37,153 nt of DNA from a virus. Lineage: Duplodnaviria; Caudoviricetes. Both the position numbers and the translations under genes were made by a program. Of the stretch, positions 8,684-15,493 are shown one piece after another. Under the pieces are notes generated by a model. That model ran no database searches. It was given only the letters and a program-made list of their open reading frames with translations, and was not told where the DNA came from. Numbering within the stretch: the first letter of the stretch is position 1; each line of letters starts with the position of its first letter. Location: the IMG/VR virus record IMGVR_UViG_3300005077_000052, positions 1 to 37,153 of that record, one strand, 5' to 3'.

Positions 8684-8920
8684 ATACTCTCAATAAATTT
8701 AACAAAAGAAGAAAAAGAAAATTTTTCTTTAAAGAAGAAGGAAGTTAATTGGAATCTAAAAACTTGGATAACTTTCTTTAACTCAGAAGGTTATTTATGC
8801 AGGGAGTTTGAAAACAACGAAGATGAATATATAAGAAAAGGTGATTTAGAATCAGCTGAAAACATTTGTGAGGAGTTTTTCGGTCTTGAGCCAGATTATT
8901 TGATGGAATTATTGGATTGA
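8684..8920 (+). CDS. Hypothetical protein with atypical ATA start (or decayed gene)
   Basis: 78 open codons after an AAGGA RBS, ending ...ICEEFFGLEPDYLMELLD; no ATG near the 5' end. Confidence 0.45.
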   Translation: MLSINLTKEEKENFSLKKKEVNWNLKTWITFFNSEGYLCREFENNEDEYIRKGDLESAENICEEFFGLEPDYLMELLD

Positions 8921-9060
8921 AATGATGATCAAAATATCCAAAATTCGGTGGTTGTCGTTTGATTTGGCAATGAATTGGATTTTTCAAATGTGATAATATT
9001 GATTGAAAATCAACCGTTTAAATCGATTAAAAATAAATGAAAAAATTTTAACATTTTTTG

Positions 9061-9089
9061 TTGACAAAACCAAAAAATAAAATTAAAAT
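9061..9089 (+). promoter_or_regulatory. Strong sigma70-type promoter
   Basis: TTGACA, 17 bp, TAAAAT with A/T tracts upstream. Confidence 0.75.
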
Positions 9090-9157
9090 GAACTCAAATT
9101 GAAATTGAATGATTGTCATTCAACTTTACTTAACTTAAAAAATGAAGGAGAAAGAAA

Positions 9158-9520
9158 ATGGAGTTTAAAACTAAAATAGCTACAGAAGAACTTGATGGTA
9201 ATGGTAAGAAAGTTTATGTTGAGGTTAATTCATCTTATGACCTGACTGAGAATTTGAAAAGCTTCGTCAAAACCTATGGCGAAGATGTAGCATTTAGCTA
9301 CGTAACTGCCCAGGCTAAGGTAGTGTTGCAAGCAAGAGTAAGGGCATTGAAAGCCGCAGGTAAAACTGACGAAGAGATTCAAGCTGACTTGAATGCCTAC
9401 AAACTTGGCACAATTGCTCCTCGGGTTAGAAAAGAAACCAGCTTTGAGCAGATTAAGAATGACTTTAAAAATTGGTCTCCTGAGAAACAGAAGGAGTTCC
9501 TTGCCAGTTTGGGTGTTTAA
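9158..9520 (+). CDS. Hypothetical protein with its own promoter and terminator
   Basis: 120-aa ORF, AAGGAG RBS. Confidence 0.8.
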   Translation: MEFKTKIATEELDGNGKKVYVEVNSSYDLTENLKSFVKTYGEDVAFSYVTAQAKVVLQARVRALKAAGKTDEEIQADLNAYKLGTIAPRVRKETSFEQIKNDFKNWSPEKQKEFLASLGV

Positions 9521-9541
9521 TTAGTTAATTTAACTTAAGTT

Positions 9542-9574
9542 AAAAAAGGACAGGTATAAAAGCCTGTCCTTTTT
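9542..9574 (+). terminator. Rho-independent terminator, possibly bidirectional
   Basis: AAAAAAGGACAGG-TATAAAAG-CCTGTCCTTTTT. Confidence 0.85.
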
Positions 9575-9616
9575 AAAAAACTTAAAAATGATAAAAAATT
9601 TACAAAGGAACATCTA

Positions 9617-9754
9617 ATGTTATTTAAACTCAAAGTTAAAATTATCCAGGTTATAATTAAAGTTATGATTAAACAAGTTGTAGATCATGAAGTTAAATAT
9701 AACTTGGCTATTGCCAGCAACTGCTTTGATCAAATAGTTGAGAGATTAAAATAA
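9617..9754 (+). CDS. Hypothetical 45-aa protein
   Basis: AAGGA RBS; stop overlaps the ligase start (TAATG). Confidence 0.5.
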   Translation: MLFKLKVKIIQVIIKVMIKQVVDHEVKYNLAIASNCFDQIVERLK

Positions 9755-10599
9755 TGATGAATGATTATAGTGAAAAGGAAAGAAACAATATAATACTGTG
9801 TTATCCAATGGACTATAATAGGTTGAAAAAGTGGGGCTTTCCTGTCTTCATCCAACCAAAGCTGGACGGTAACCGCTGTCGTTATAGCGCTGCTGATCAA
9901 TGTCTTTACAGTTCAACAAGTGAGATTATAATCAGTGTTCCCCACATAAATGAGGTATTAATCCACCTCCCATTCAACATTCATCTTGATGGTGAACTAT
10001 ACATTCACGGCATTGAACAGAATGAAATCAATTCAATTGTATCCAGAACTGTAAACATATCTGAAGATTTTGAAAGTATGGAATATCACATCTTTGATTT
10101 AATAACTGATGATCCTCAATATTTAAGGTTAAAAGATCTTTATAAATTGAAAGAGGATATAAAAAGCGATAAAATTAAATTTGTTGAAACTAAGTTAATA
10201 TATTCACTTGAAGAACTTAACTCTGAATACCTAAACTATCTAAACAATGGTTATGAAGGCATAATCCTCCGCCACCCTTCAAATAAATACATAACAAGAA
10301 GATCAACTTATTTAATGAAGTTCAAACCTAAAAAGTTTGACTATTATAAAATAGTTGGATATGTTCAAGAGGTTGACAAACATGGAAATTTAAAGAACAG
10401 CCTCGGCTCATTAATATGTTCAGGTTTTAATGGTGAAGAATTTGGTGTTGGTTCTGGCTTCACAAGAAAACAAAGAGAAGACCTGTGGAAAGTTAAAGAA
10501 AAATTGATTGATAAATTTTGCAAAGTTGGCTATCAATCAATATCAAGTAAGAAAAAAGTTCCTCGCTTCTCCGCTTTCATTGAAGTAGTTGACCTTTAA
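9754..10599 (+). CDS. ATP-dependent DNA ligase
   Basis: Motif I QPKLDGNR, motif III LDGELY, YHIFD, motif IV YEGIILR, LMKFKP, OB-fold VGSGF and PRF. Confidence 0.92.
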   Translation: MMNDYSEKERNNIILCYPMDYNRLKKWGFPVFIQPKLDGNRCRYSAADQCLYSSTSEIIISVPHINEVLIHLPFNIHLDGELYIHGIEQNEINSIVSRTVNISEDFESMEYHIFDLITDDPQYLRLKDLYKLKEDIKSDKIKFVETKLIYSLEELNSEYLNYLNNGYEGIILRHPSNKYITRRSTYLMKFKPKKFDYYKIVGYVQEVDKHGNLKNSLGSLICSGFNGEEFGVGSGFTRKQREDLWKVKEKLIDKFCKVGYQSISSKKKVPRFSAFIEVVDL

Positions 10600-10602
10600 T
10601 CC

Positions 10603-10625
10603 CTGTATGCATAATATGCATACAG
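10603..10625. repeat. Dispersed palindrome copy 5 (CTGTATGCA TAATA TGCATACAG)
   Basis: Read directly; 3 bp after the ligase stop. Confidence 0.95.
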
Positions 10626-10659
10626 TGATAATTGAATAAGATAAAAAATGGAGCATTAA

Positions 10660-11643
10660 ATGAATCTGAATGAAAATTTAAATTGGCCCATACCTTTCAA
10701 CAACTGTTGGAATGATCTTGACAGTTCAAAGATTCAAGATTACATAGAATGTCCAAGAAAATTCTTCTATCGTCATGTCCTTGGCTGGCAAACTAACAGT
10801 CCTAACAACCATTTAATTTTTGGTCAAGCTGTCCATATTGCCATGGAACATCTTTACATCAATGGCTTTTCACCTTCAACTGTTGTTGACGCTTTTCAAC
10901 TATTTCTAAATGAATATAGAACATACTTCCCTGAACATACAGATGAATGGTTTGAGCCTAAAACACCCAACCGCTTCTTCGCTTTCCTTTCAGAGTACAT
11001 CCAAAAGTATGCAGACGACTTCAGACGTTACAAGGTGTTATACACCGAAGTGACTGGCCGAGTTAATTTAACTGAAGATGAAAATATAATCTTCAAAATT
11101 GATGCAATTATTGAAAATAAAAATAATAACAGAATTAAAACCCTCGAACATAAGACTAAACAAGGTGATTTCAATTCAACTTGGGATAACCAATGGACAT
11201 TAGGTATTCAAGCCGGAACTTACACCCATGCTTTATACTCAATCTACCCACCTAACCTGGTCGATGGTGTCCTCATCAACGGTCTCGGCTTTAAGAAAAC
11301 TAAAAGCTATATGTTTAGTTTCACAAGAGTGCCTGTTTATAAGAATAATAAACAGATGCAAATTTGGCTAACAACTATTTTAAGTTGGATAGATTTAATT
11401 AAAGCAGATTTTGAAAAGTTAAGCAATTCAAAGGACATTGACCCAGTAATGGCAGCATTTAGATTGAATCCAAAAAGCTGTACAAACTATGCAACAACTT
11501 GTACCTATCACGATTTCTGCTGCAACTGGACCAACCCCCTTCAAGAAGCCTTCAGCCCACCATTGGGTTATGAAGTTAAGTTTTGGGACCCATTAGTTGA
11601 GTTACATTCAACTACAAATATTGATGAGATTAAATTAAAATAA
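10660..11643 (+). CDS. PD-(D/E)XK Cas4/RecB-like exonuclease
   Basis: ECPRKF, FGQAVH, KID...LEHKT, QAGTY and C-terminal Cys cluster (SCTNYATTCTYHDFC) consistent with Fe-S binding. Confidence 0.85.
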   Translation: MNLNENLNWPIPFNNCWNDLDSSKIQDYIECPRKFFYRHVLGWQTNSPNNHLIFGQAVHIAMEHLYINGFSPSTVVDAFQLFLNEYRTYFPEHTDEWFEPKTPNRFFAFLSEYIQKYADDFRRYKVLYTEVTGRVNLTEDENIIFKIDAIIENKNNNRIKTLEHKTKQGDFNSTWDNQWTLGIQAGTYTHALYSIYPPNLVDGVLINGLGFKKTKSYMFSFTRVPVYKNNKQMQIWLTTILSWIDLIKADFEKLSNSKDIDPVMAAFRLNPKSCTNYATTCTYHDFCCNWTNPLQEAFSPPLGYEVKFWDPLVELHSTTNIDEIKLK

Positions 11644-11654
11644 AAGGAGAAAGT

Positions 11655-11864
11655 ATGAAAAATTGGATAGACATTGAAAGCTTATGTGTTGAAGTTGACA
11701 CCTCAATTTTAATCAAAGAACCTCCCTGCTCTAACTGTTTAAATTGGAAGCCTCATAAAGATATTCAACAATTTGCTGATGGATCAATAGTTGTTTGTGG
11801 AATAACTTGTTGTACAGCATCTTCAATGTATAAAGATTTTTCCTGTTATGAAGGTAAAGAATAA
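11655..11864 (+). CDS. Small Cys-rich protein
   Basis: AAGGAG RBS; CSNCLNW...CC...C. Confidence 0.65.
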   Translation: MKNWIDIESLCVEVDTSILIKEPPCSNCLNWKPHKDIQQFADGSIVVCGITCCTASSMYKDFSCYEGKE

Positions 11865-11890
11865 AAGAATAATAAATAAAAAGGTGAATT

Positions 11891-12709
11891 ATGACTGAAA
11901 ATTTAAATGAGAATAAAGAATTTCTCGAAAGTAAGAAAACAGCGGCTGACCTTCTAAATCTATACAAAAATGATCCTCGTCAGAAAACTTTCAACCTCCT
12001 CCTCTTAGGTGAAATGGGGACAGGTAAAACTTTTCTCGCTCGAACTGCTCGCAAACCTATCCTCTTTCACAGCTTCGATCCTGGTGGAACTAAGAGTGTT
12101 CGTGATCTAATTGAAACCGGAGATATAATTGCCGATACTCGATATGAATCTGAAAACCCTATGCGCCCAACTATGTTCCCTATCTGGCAAAAAGAAATGG
12201 ATAGGTTGGATAAAGAAGGTGTGTTCAAGCATTTTGGAACATTCATAATTGACAGCTCAACTTCATGGGCTGAGATGATCATGAATGACATTTTGAAGAA
12301 GGCTGGAATACCTGGTCAAGCGCCACGTTTCACCCACGACTATACACCTCAAAAGACATTAATCCGTAATTTCATCCGCCAGTGTCTCGACCTGCCTTGT
12401 GACTTCATCTTAACTGGCCATCTGGCTATGCATACTGATGAGGTCAGCAAGCGTATATCATACAGGTATGCAACTACGGGTCAGGGAACTGTGACCATCC
12501 CCACTTTGTTTGATGAAGTGTGGGTGATGGACCCTAAAACTGGTTCAAATGGCACAACATATAGAATTCTAACACAGAGTACAGGAACTCACGCCTGTCG
12601 TAGTCGTCTCAGTTCAACTGGAAAGCTTGAGCAATATGAAGAGCCGAACATTAAGAATATTTTGAAAAAGGTTGGCCTTGAATATAATGATAAACCTAAG
12701 TTAGTTTAA
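11891..12709 (+). CDS. Sak4-like / AAA_24 P-loop ATPase (recombinase)
   Basis: Walker A GEMGTGKT, Walker B FIIDS, ILTGH, CRSR; context between a Cas4-like nuclease and an SSB-like gene. Confidence 0.8.
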   Translation: MTENLNENKEFLESKKTAADLLNLYKNDPRQKTFNLLLLGEMGTGKTFLARTARKPILFHSFDPGGTKSVRDLIETGDIIADTRYESENPMRPTMFPIWQKEMDRLDKEGVFKHFGTFIIDSSTSWAEMIMNDILKKAGIPGQAPRFTHDYTPQKTLIRNFIRQCLDLPCDFILTGHLAMHTDEVSKRISYRYATTGQGTVTIPTLFDEVWVMDPKTGSNGTTYRILTQSTGTHACRSRLSSTGKLEQYEEPNIKNILKKVGLEYNDKPKLV

Positions 12710-12719
12710 ATTAAAGGGG

Positions 12720-12923
12720 GTGAATAAATTGGCTGGTAAAAAGGAATCATTTCTAAATGACGGTGATGAACAGGAGAAGAAAGAAGAAGTTGAATTAACT
12801 GACATTGAAATCGTTCAAGAAATTGAAAGGTTAATTCAAACATTGATGAAAAAGAAAGGAGACAAATACATCCTCTCAATTGGTAAATTAAAAGGTTGTA
12901 TTGAAAAACTTAATGTTAAATAA
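12720..12923 (+). CDS. Hypothetical protein
   Basis: 67-aa ORF in operon. Confidence 0.6.
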   Translation: MNKLAGKKESFLNDGDEQEKKEEVELTDIEIVQEIERLIQTLMKKKGDKYILSIGKLKGCIEKLNVK

Positions 12924-12935
12924 AAGGTCTTGAAT

Positions 12936-13022
12936 TGGCCCTTAGCTTAATAATTGTCTGAGGCATCAGCGGTAAAGCATACTCGGCGGGGTAAGTTATC
13001 GGTTCGAATCCGATAGGGCCAA
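12936..13022 (+). ncRNA. tRNA-like RNA with enlarged D-loop and a 4-nt loop in place of the anticodon loop
   Basis: Acceptor TGGCCCT/AGGGCCA, D stem GCTT/AAGC, stem TACTC/GGGTA with loop GGCG, T arm ATCGG-TTCGAAT-CCGAT. Confidence 0.75.
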
Positions 13023-13070
13023 TAAAATAATATACGATATGTTAAATTAAAAAAGGAGGTGAATGAATCG

Positions 13071-13093
13071 CTGTATGCAAAAAATGCACACAG
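13071..13093. repeat. Dispersed palindrome copy 6 (CTGTATGCA AAAAA TGCACACAG)
   Basis: Read directly; intergenic. Confidence 0.95.
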
Positions 13094-13188
13094 GAAATTA
13101 AAAAAAATCTAAAATTAAAATCTAAAAAAAATTGAATTGAATTAAAGTTAAAATTAAATTAAAATTAAAATTAAAGGAGATTAAAATC

Positions 13189-13587
13189 ATGGGATTTCTT
13201 GACATCAACACAACAGAAGCAGTAGAACCTTCAATCGCAGATGCAGGTGAAGCAAAACTTCGTATCATTGGCTATGTAACTGATGAAAATGACAATGCTA
13301 TACGCAAGGATAAGAATGGCAACAGCTACTTCATGCCACTATTCGAGATTGTTGACAATCCTACAGCCAAAGAATTGAATGATTTCATGGGTCTGCCTTC
13401 ACCTACTATGACTGATAAAGAAAGAAACAAAGCATTGTGGAAAATTGCTTCATTTGAAAAGTGTTTCTCAATTGAAGAGTGTAAAGATCACAATGAAAGC
13501 ATTGGTCATGAAGGCTATGTCATGCTTGGTCAGAAGGTGAATAAAATGTCAGGTGAAGAAGAGAACTTCATTAAACGGTATATGTAG
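13189..13587 (+). CDS. Putative single-stranded DNA-binding protein (DUF669-like)
   Basis: Follows the Sak4-like gene; OB-fold-like pattern with KNGNSYFMPLFEI and C-terminal NFIKRY; no acidic tail. Confidence 0.55.
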   Translation: MGFLDINTTEAVEPSIADAGEAKLRIIGYVTDENDNAIRKDKNGNSYFMPLFEIVDNPTAKELNDFMGLPSPTMTDKERNKALWKIASFEKCFSIEECKDHNESIGHEGYVMLGQKVNKMSGEEENFIKRYM

Positions 13588-13599
13588 TTGAATTAACTT

Positions 13600-13799
13600 G
13601 GTCTTGTGGCGGAATAGGTAGACGCAAAGCAAAAGAATGTAGGAATGATCGAGAGGTTAGTTAATGCCTTTAGCTATAACAAGTACCTATTTAACATTTG
13701 CTGTGAGGAGCCGGTATCGGTTAGATTAATTACCTAACATGATAAACGTGATTAGCTTCGGAAGCTACAACTGCAAGGTGCAAATCCTTGCCAAGACCA
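13600..13799 (+). ncRNA. About 200-nt RNA with class II tRNA-like ends and a large structured insert
   Basis: Acceptor GGTCTTG/CAAGACC; Leu-type D arm TGGCGGAATAGGTAGACGC; variable-arm-like TAGCTT-CGG-AAGCTA; T arm GCAAGG-TGCAAAT-CCTTGC. Confidence 0.75.
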
Positions 13800-13809
13800 A
13801 GAAAAACAT

Positions 13810-13893
13810 ACCCACCTCGCCTCTGTCTTATGGCAAGCGCACCAGGTGACCTGAATTAACAGGTATCGTTCAGGAGACGTCTTGAAAGTGGGT
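13810..13893 (+). ncRNA. Putative multi-hairpin structured RNA
   Basis: Closing ACCCAC/GTGGGT enclosing TGTC-TTAT-GGCA, ACCTG-AATTAA-CAGGT and TTCAGGA-GACG-TCTTGAA; GC-rich in AT-rich background. Confidence 0.5.
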
Positions 13894-13921
13894 TTCTTTA
13901 ATAAATCAAAGAAGAAAAATT

Positions 13922-14206
13922 ATGTCTTTTGACATTGATCAAGGGTGTCTCGGATTATCACCACAAACAAGCAGTCTTAGAGAATGCAGGCCGGATTATG
14001 AGGCCCAAGCTGCAAATGTCAAGAAACAATTAGACAGCACGGAAGCTCTTGAAAGCGCGTTGTTTAACTTTGCTGAATCGCATAACACTTATCAGTTTAA
14101 TAAAATTTCTTCATTTGCAGAAATGCTTGGAGGAGTTTCTCTGGTAAAACACAACCTAACCAAAATGTACGAAGAACTTTTAAAGCGTATCGAAAAGGAA
14201 AAATAA
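13922..14206 (+). CDS. Hypothetical protein
   Basis: 94-aa ORF. Confidence 0.7.
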   Translation: MSFDIDQGCLGLSPQTSSLRECRPDYEAQAANVKKQLDSTEALESALFNFAESHNTYQFNKISSFAEMLGGVSLVKHNLTKMYEELLKRIEKEK

Positions 14207-14216
14207 CCATCACAAA

Positions 14217-14305
14217 GGAAAGGGCCGCACCGGATAGGCCGGGAGAGAAAATAAAGAGAAATTAACGTATCTCCAGACTTCACGCACTCTCGCGCGGTCC
14301 TTTCC
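14217..14305 (+). ncRNA. Putative structured RNA closed by a 12-bp stem
   Basis: GGAAAGGGCCGC (14217-14228) pairs with GCGGTCCTTTCC (14294-14305) with one G-U; internal CCGG/CCGG and GGAGA/TCTCC stems. Confidence 0.5.
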
Positions 14306-14326
14306 CAACTTTAAAAGGAGTTAAAA

Positions 14327-14488
14327 ATGCAAAACCATTTATATAAATACAAAAACAACTTTTACAAACAGGCCAAAACAGGCCAATGGATGATAGGTGT
14401 ATACAACACCGATTGGACTTGGTTCAACTACAAAAATCAGTCAGTAATAGAAAACGTAATTAAGTTTGGAGAGAAGGAGCTAAAATGA
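14327..14488 (+). CDS. Hypothetical 53-aa protein
   Basis: Translated by hand; AAGGAG RBS; ATGA overlap with the next gene. Confidence 0.7.
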   Translation: MQNHLYKYKNNFYKQAKTGQWMIGVYNTDWTWFNYKNQSVIENVIKFGEKELK

Positions 14489-14661
14489 AATACTTAACAA
14501 CTGTAGTAAGAGAATATACTATTATACTAACTGCAGGTGAATATGAATGGTTAAAAGGAGTTATGCAAAATCCTTTACATGGAGAAACTCCTGATCAAGA
14601 ATCAGAAATTAACAAAAAATACCGTAGAATTTTTTGGGATGCACTTAATAGGGAGAACTAA
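14485..14661 (+). CDS. Hypothetical 58-aa protein (…WLKGVMQNPL…)
   Basis: Translated by hand; AAGGAG RBS. Confidence 0.7.
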   Translation: MKYLTTVVREYTIILTAGEYEWLKGVMQNPLHGETPDQESEINKKYRRIFWDALNREN

Positions 14662-14675
14662 GAGGTAAAAATGAA

Positions 14676-14933
14676 ATGAATAAAAAAGATACGCAAAGAA
14701 TAACTTGTGAAGTTTCAGATGAATTAAAAATGAGAGTCGTTAACACCTTTGACCATGGTGAGGTTAAAAGGCTGATTAATGTATTCCTAACTAAATTCTT
14801 CGAAGCTTATGACAAATACGGTGAAGTGGTGAAGTTCACAATGCTCGCTGGAGATATAAATGTCTTAGACATTGTGAAAGAATTGAAACCTGTTGAGAGT
14901 AAAAAGAAAAAAAATAATAAAAAGGAGAATTAA
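14676..14933 (+). CDS. Putative ribbon-helix-helix DNA-binding protein
   Basis: TQRITCEVSDELKMRV...VKRLINVFL resembles an RHH beta-alpha-alpha pattern. Confidence 0.55.
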   Translation: MNKKDTQRITCEVSDELKMRVVNTFDHGEVKRLINVFLTKFFEAYDKYGEVVKFTMLAGDINVLDIVKELKPVESKKKKNNKKEN

Positions 14934-14936
14934 ATC

Positions 14937-15212
14937 ATGGAAATTATAGCTAAAACTGATTTAGGTGTGTTAATATCTGCTACTAAAAAAGAGGTAGAAG
15001 AAATTTTAACTGCTGTTAATGGTATAAAACCTAGTGAATTAAAAATAGGTATGAAAATTCCTGCTATTGATTATGCTTCTACTATTTTAAAAATAAAAAA
15101 TTTACCTGAAAATATTATAATTAAAAATTTATATTATGAATCAGAAAAATTTAATAATCTTATAAATAGTTTAAAGGAAGTTATAGATTCTACTAAATTA
15201 TTAGAAGATTAA
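14937..15212 (+). CDS. Hypothetical protein (very AT-rich)
   Basis: 91-aa ORF, AAGGAG RBS. Confidence 0.7.
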   Translation: MEIIAKTDLGVLISATKKEVEEILTAVNGIKPSELKIGMKIPAIDYASTILKIKNLPENIIIKNLYYESEKFNNLINSLKEVIDSTKLLED

Positions 15213-15222
15213 AAGGTAAATA

Positions 15223-15462
15223 ATGCCTACAATTCACACCTTACATAAATCAATAACTGAAATGGATAGAGTGAATGTCTTTAATTTAATTGAAGAGATT
15301 AAAGTGCGTAGAAAGGTGCCAACTAAAACTGTTGAGCAGAGGGAGAAGATAGTTAAAAGTAAAAAGCCTAAAACATCTGACCCATTAGCATTAGCTAAAA
15401 GTTTAAATGCAGATGAAAAGGAAAAATTAAAACAGGCTTTACTTTCTTTGATGAATAGTTAG
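15223..15462 (+). CDS. Hypothetical basic protein
   Basis: 79-aa ORF directly upstream of the ParB-MTase gene. Confidence 0.7.
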   Translation: MPTIHTLHKSITEMDRVNVFNLIEEIKVRRKVPTKTVEQREKIVKSKKPKTSDPLALAKSLNADEKEKLKQALLSLMNS

Positions 15463-15493
15463 TTAAACTAAAAACAGATGGAGAATAAATAAA

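Noticed and set aside
13095-13175. AAATT/AAAATT low-complexity runs (also 2838-2870)
   Set aside because: Likely slippage-expanded AT-rich leaders upstream of RBSs with no defined unit
13600-13799. tmRNA or group I intron-containing tRNA-Leu
   Set aside because: Too short; has a D stem, lacks the G3-U70 alanine determinant, and no group I core motifs are recognisable
13810-13893. Hammerhead ribozyme
   Set aside because: GAAA precedes a stem but the CUGANGA core is absent
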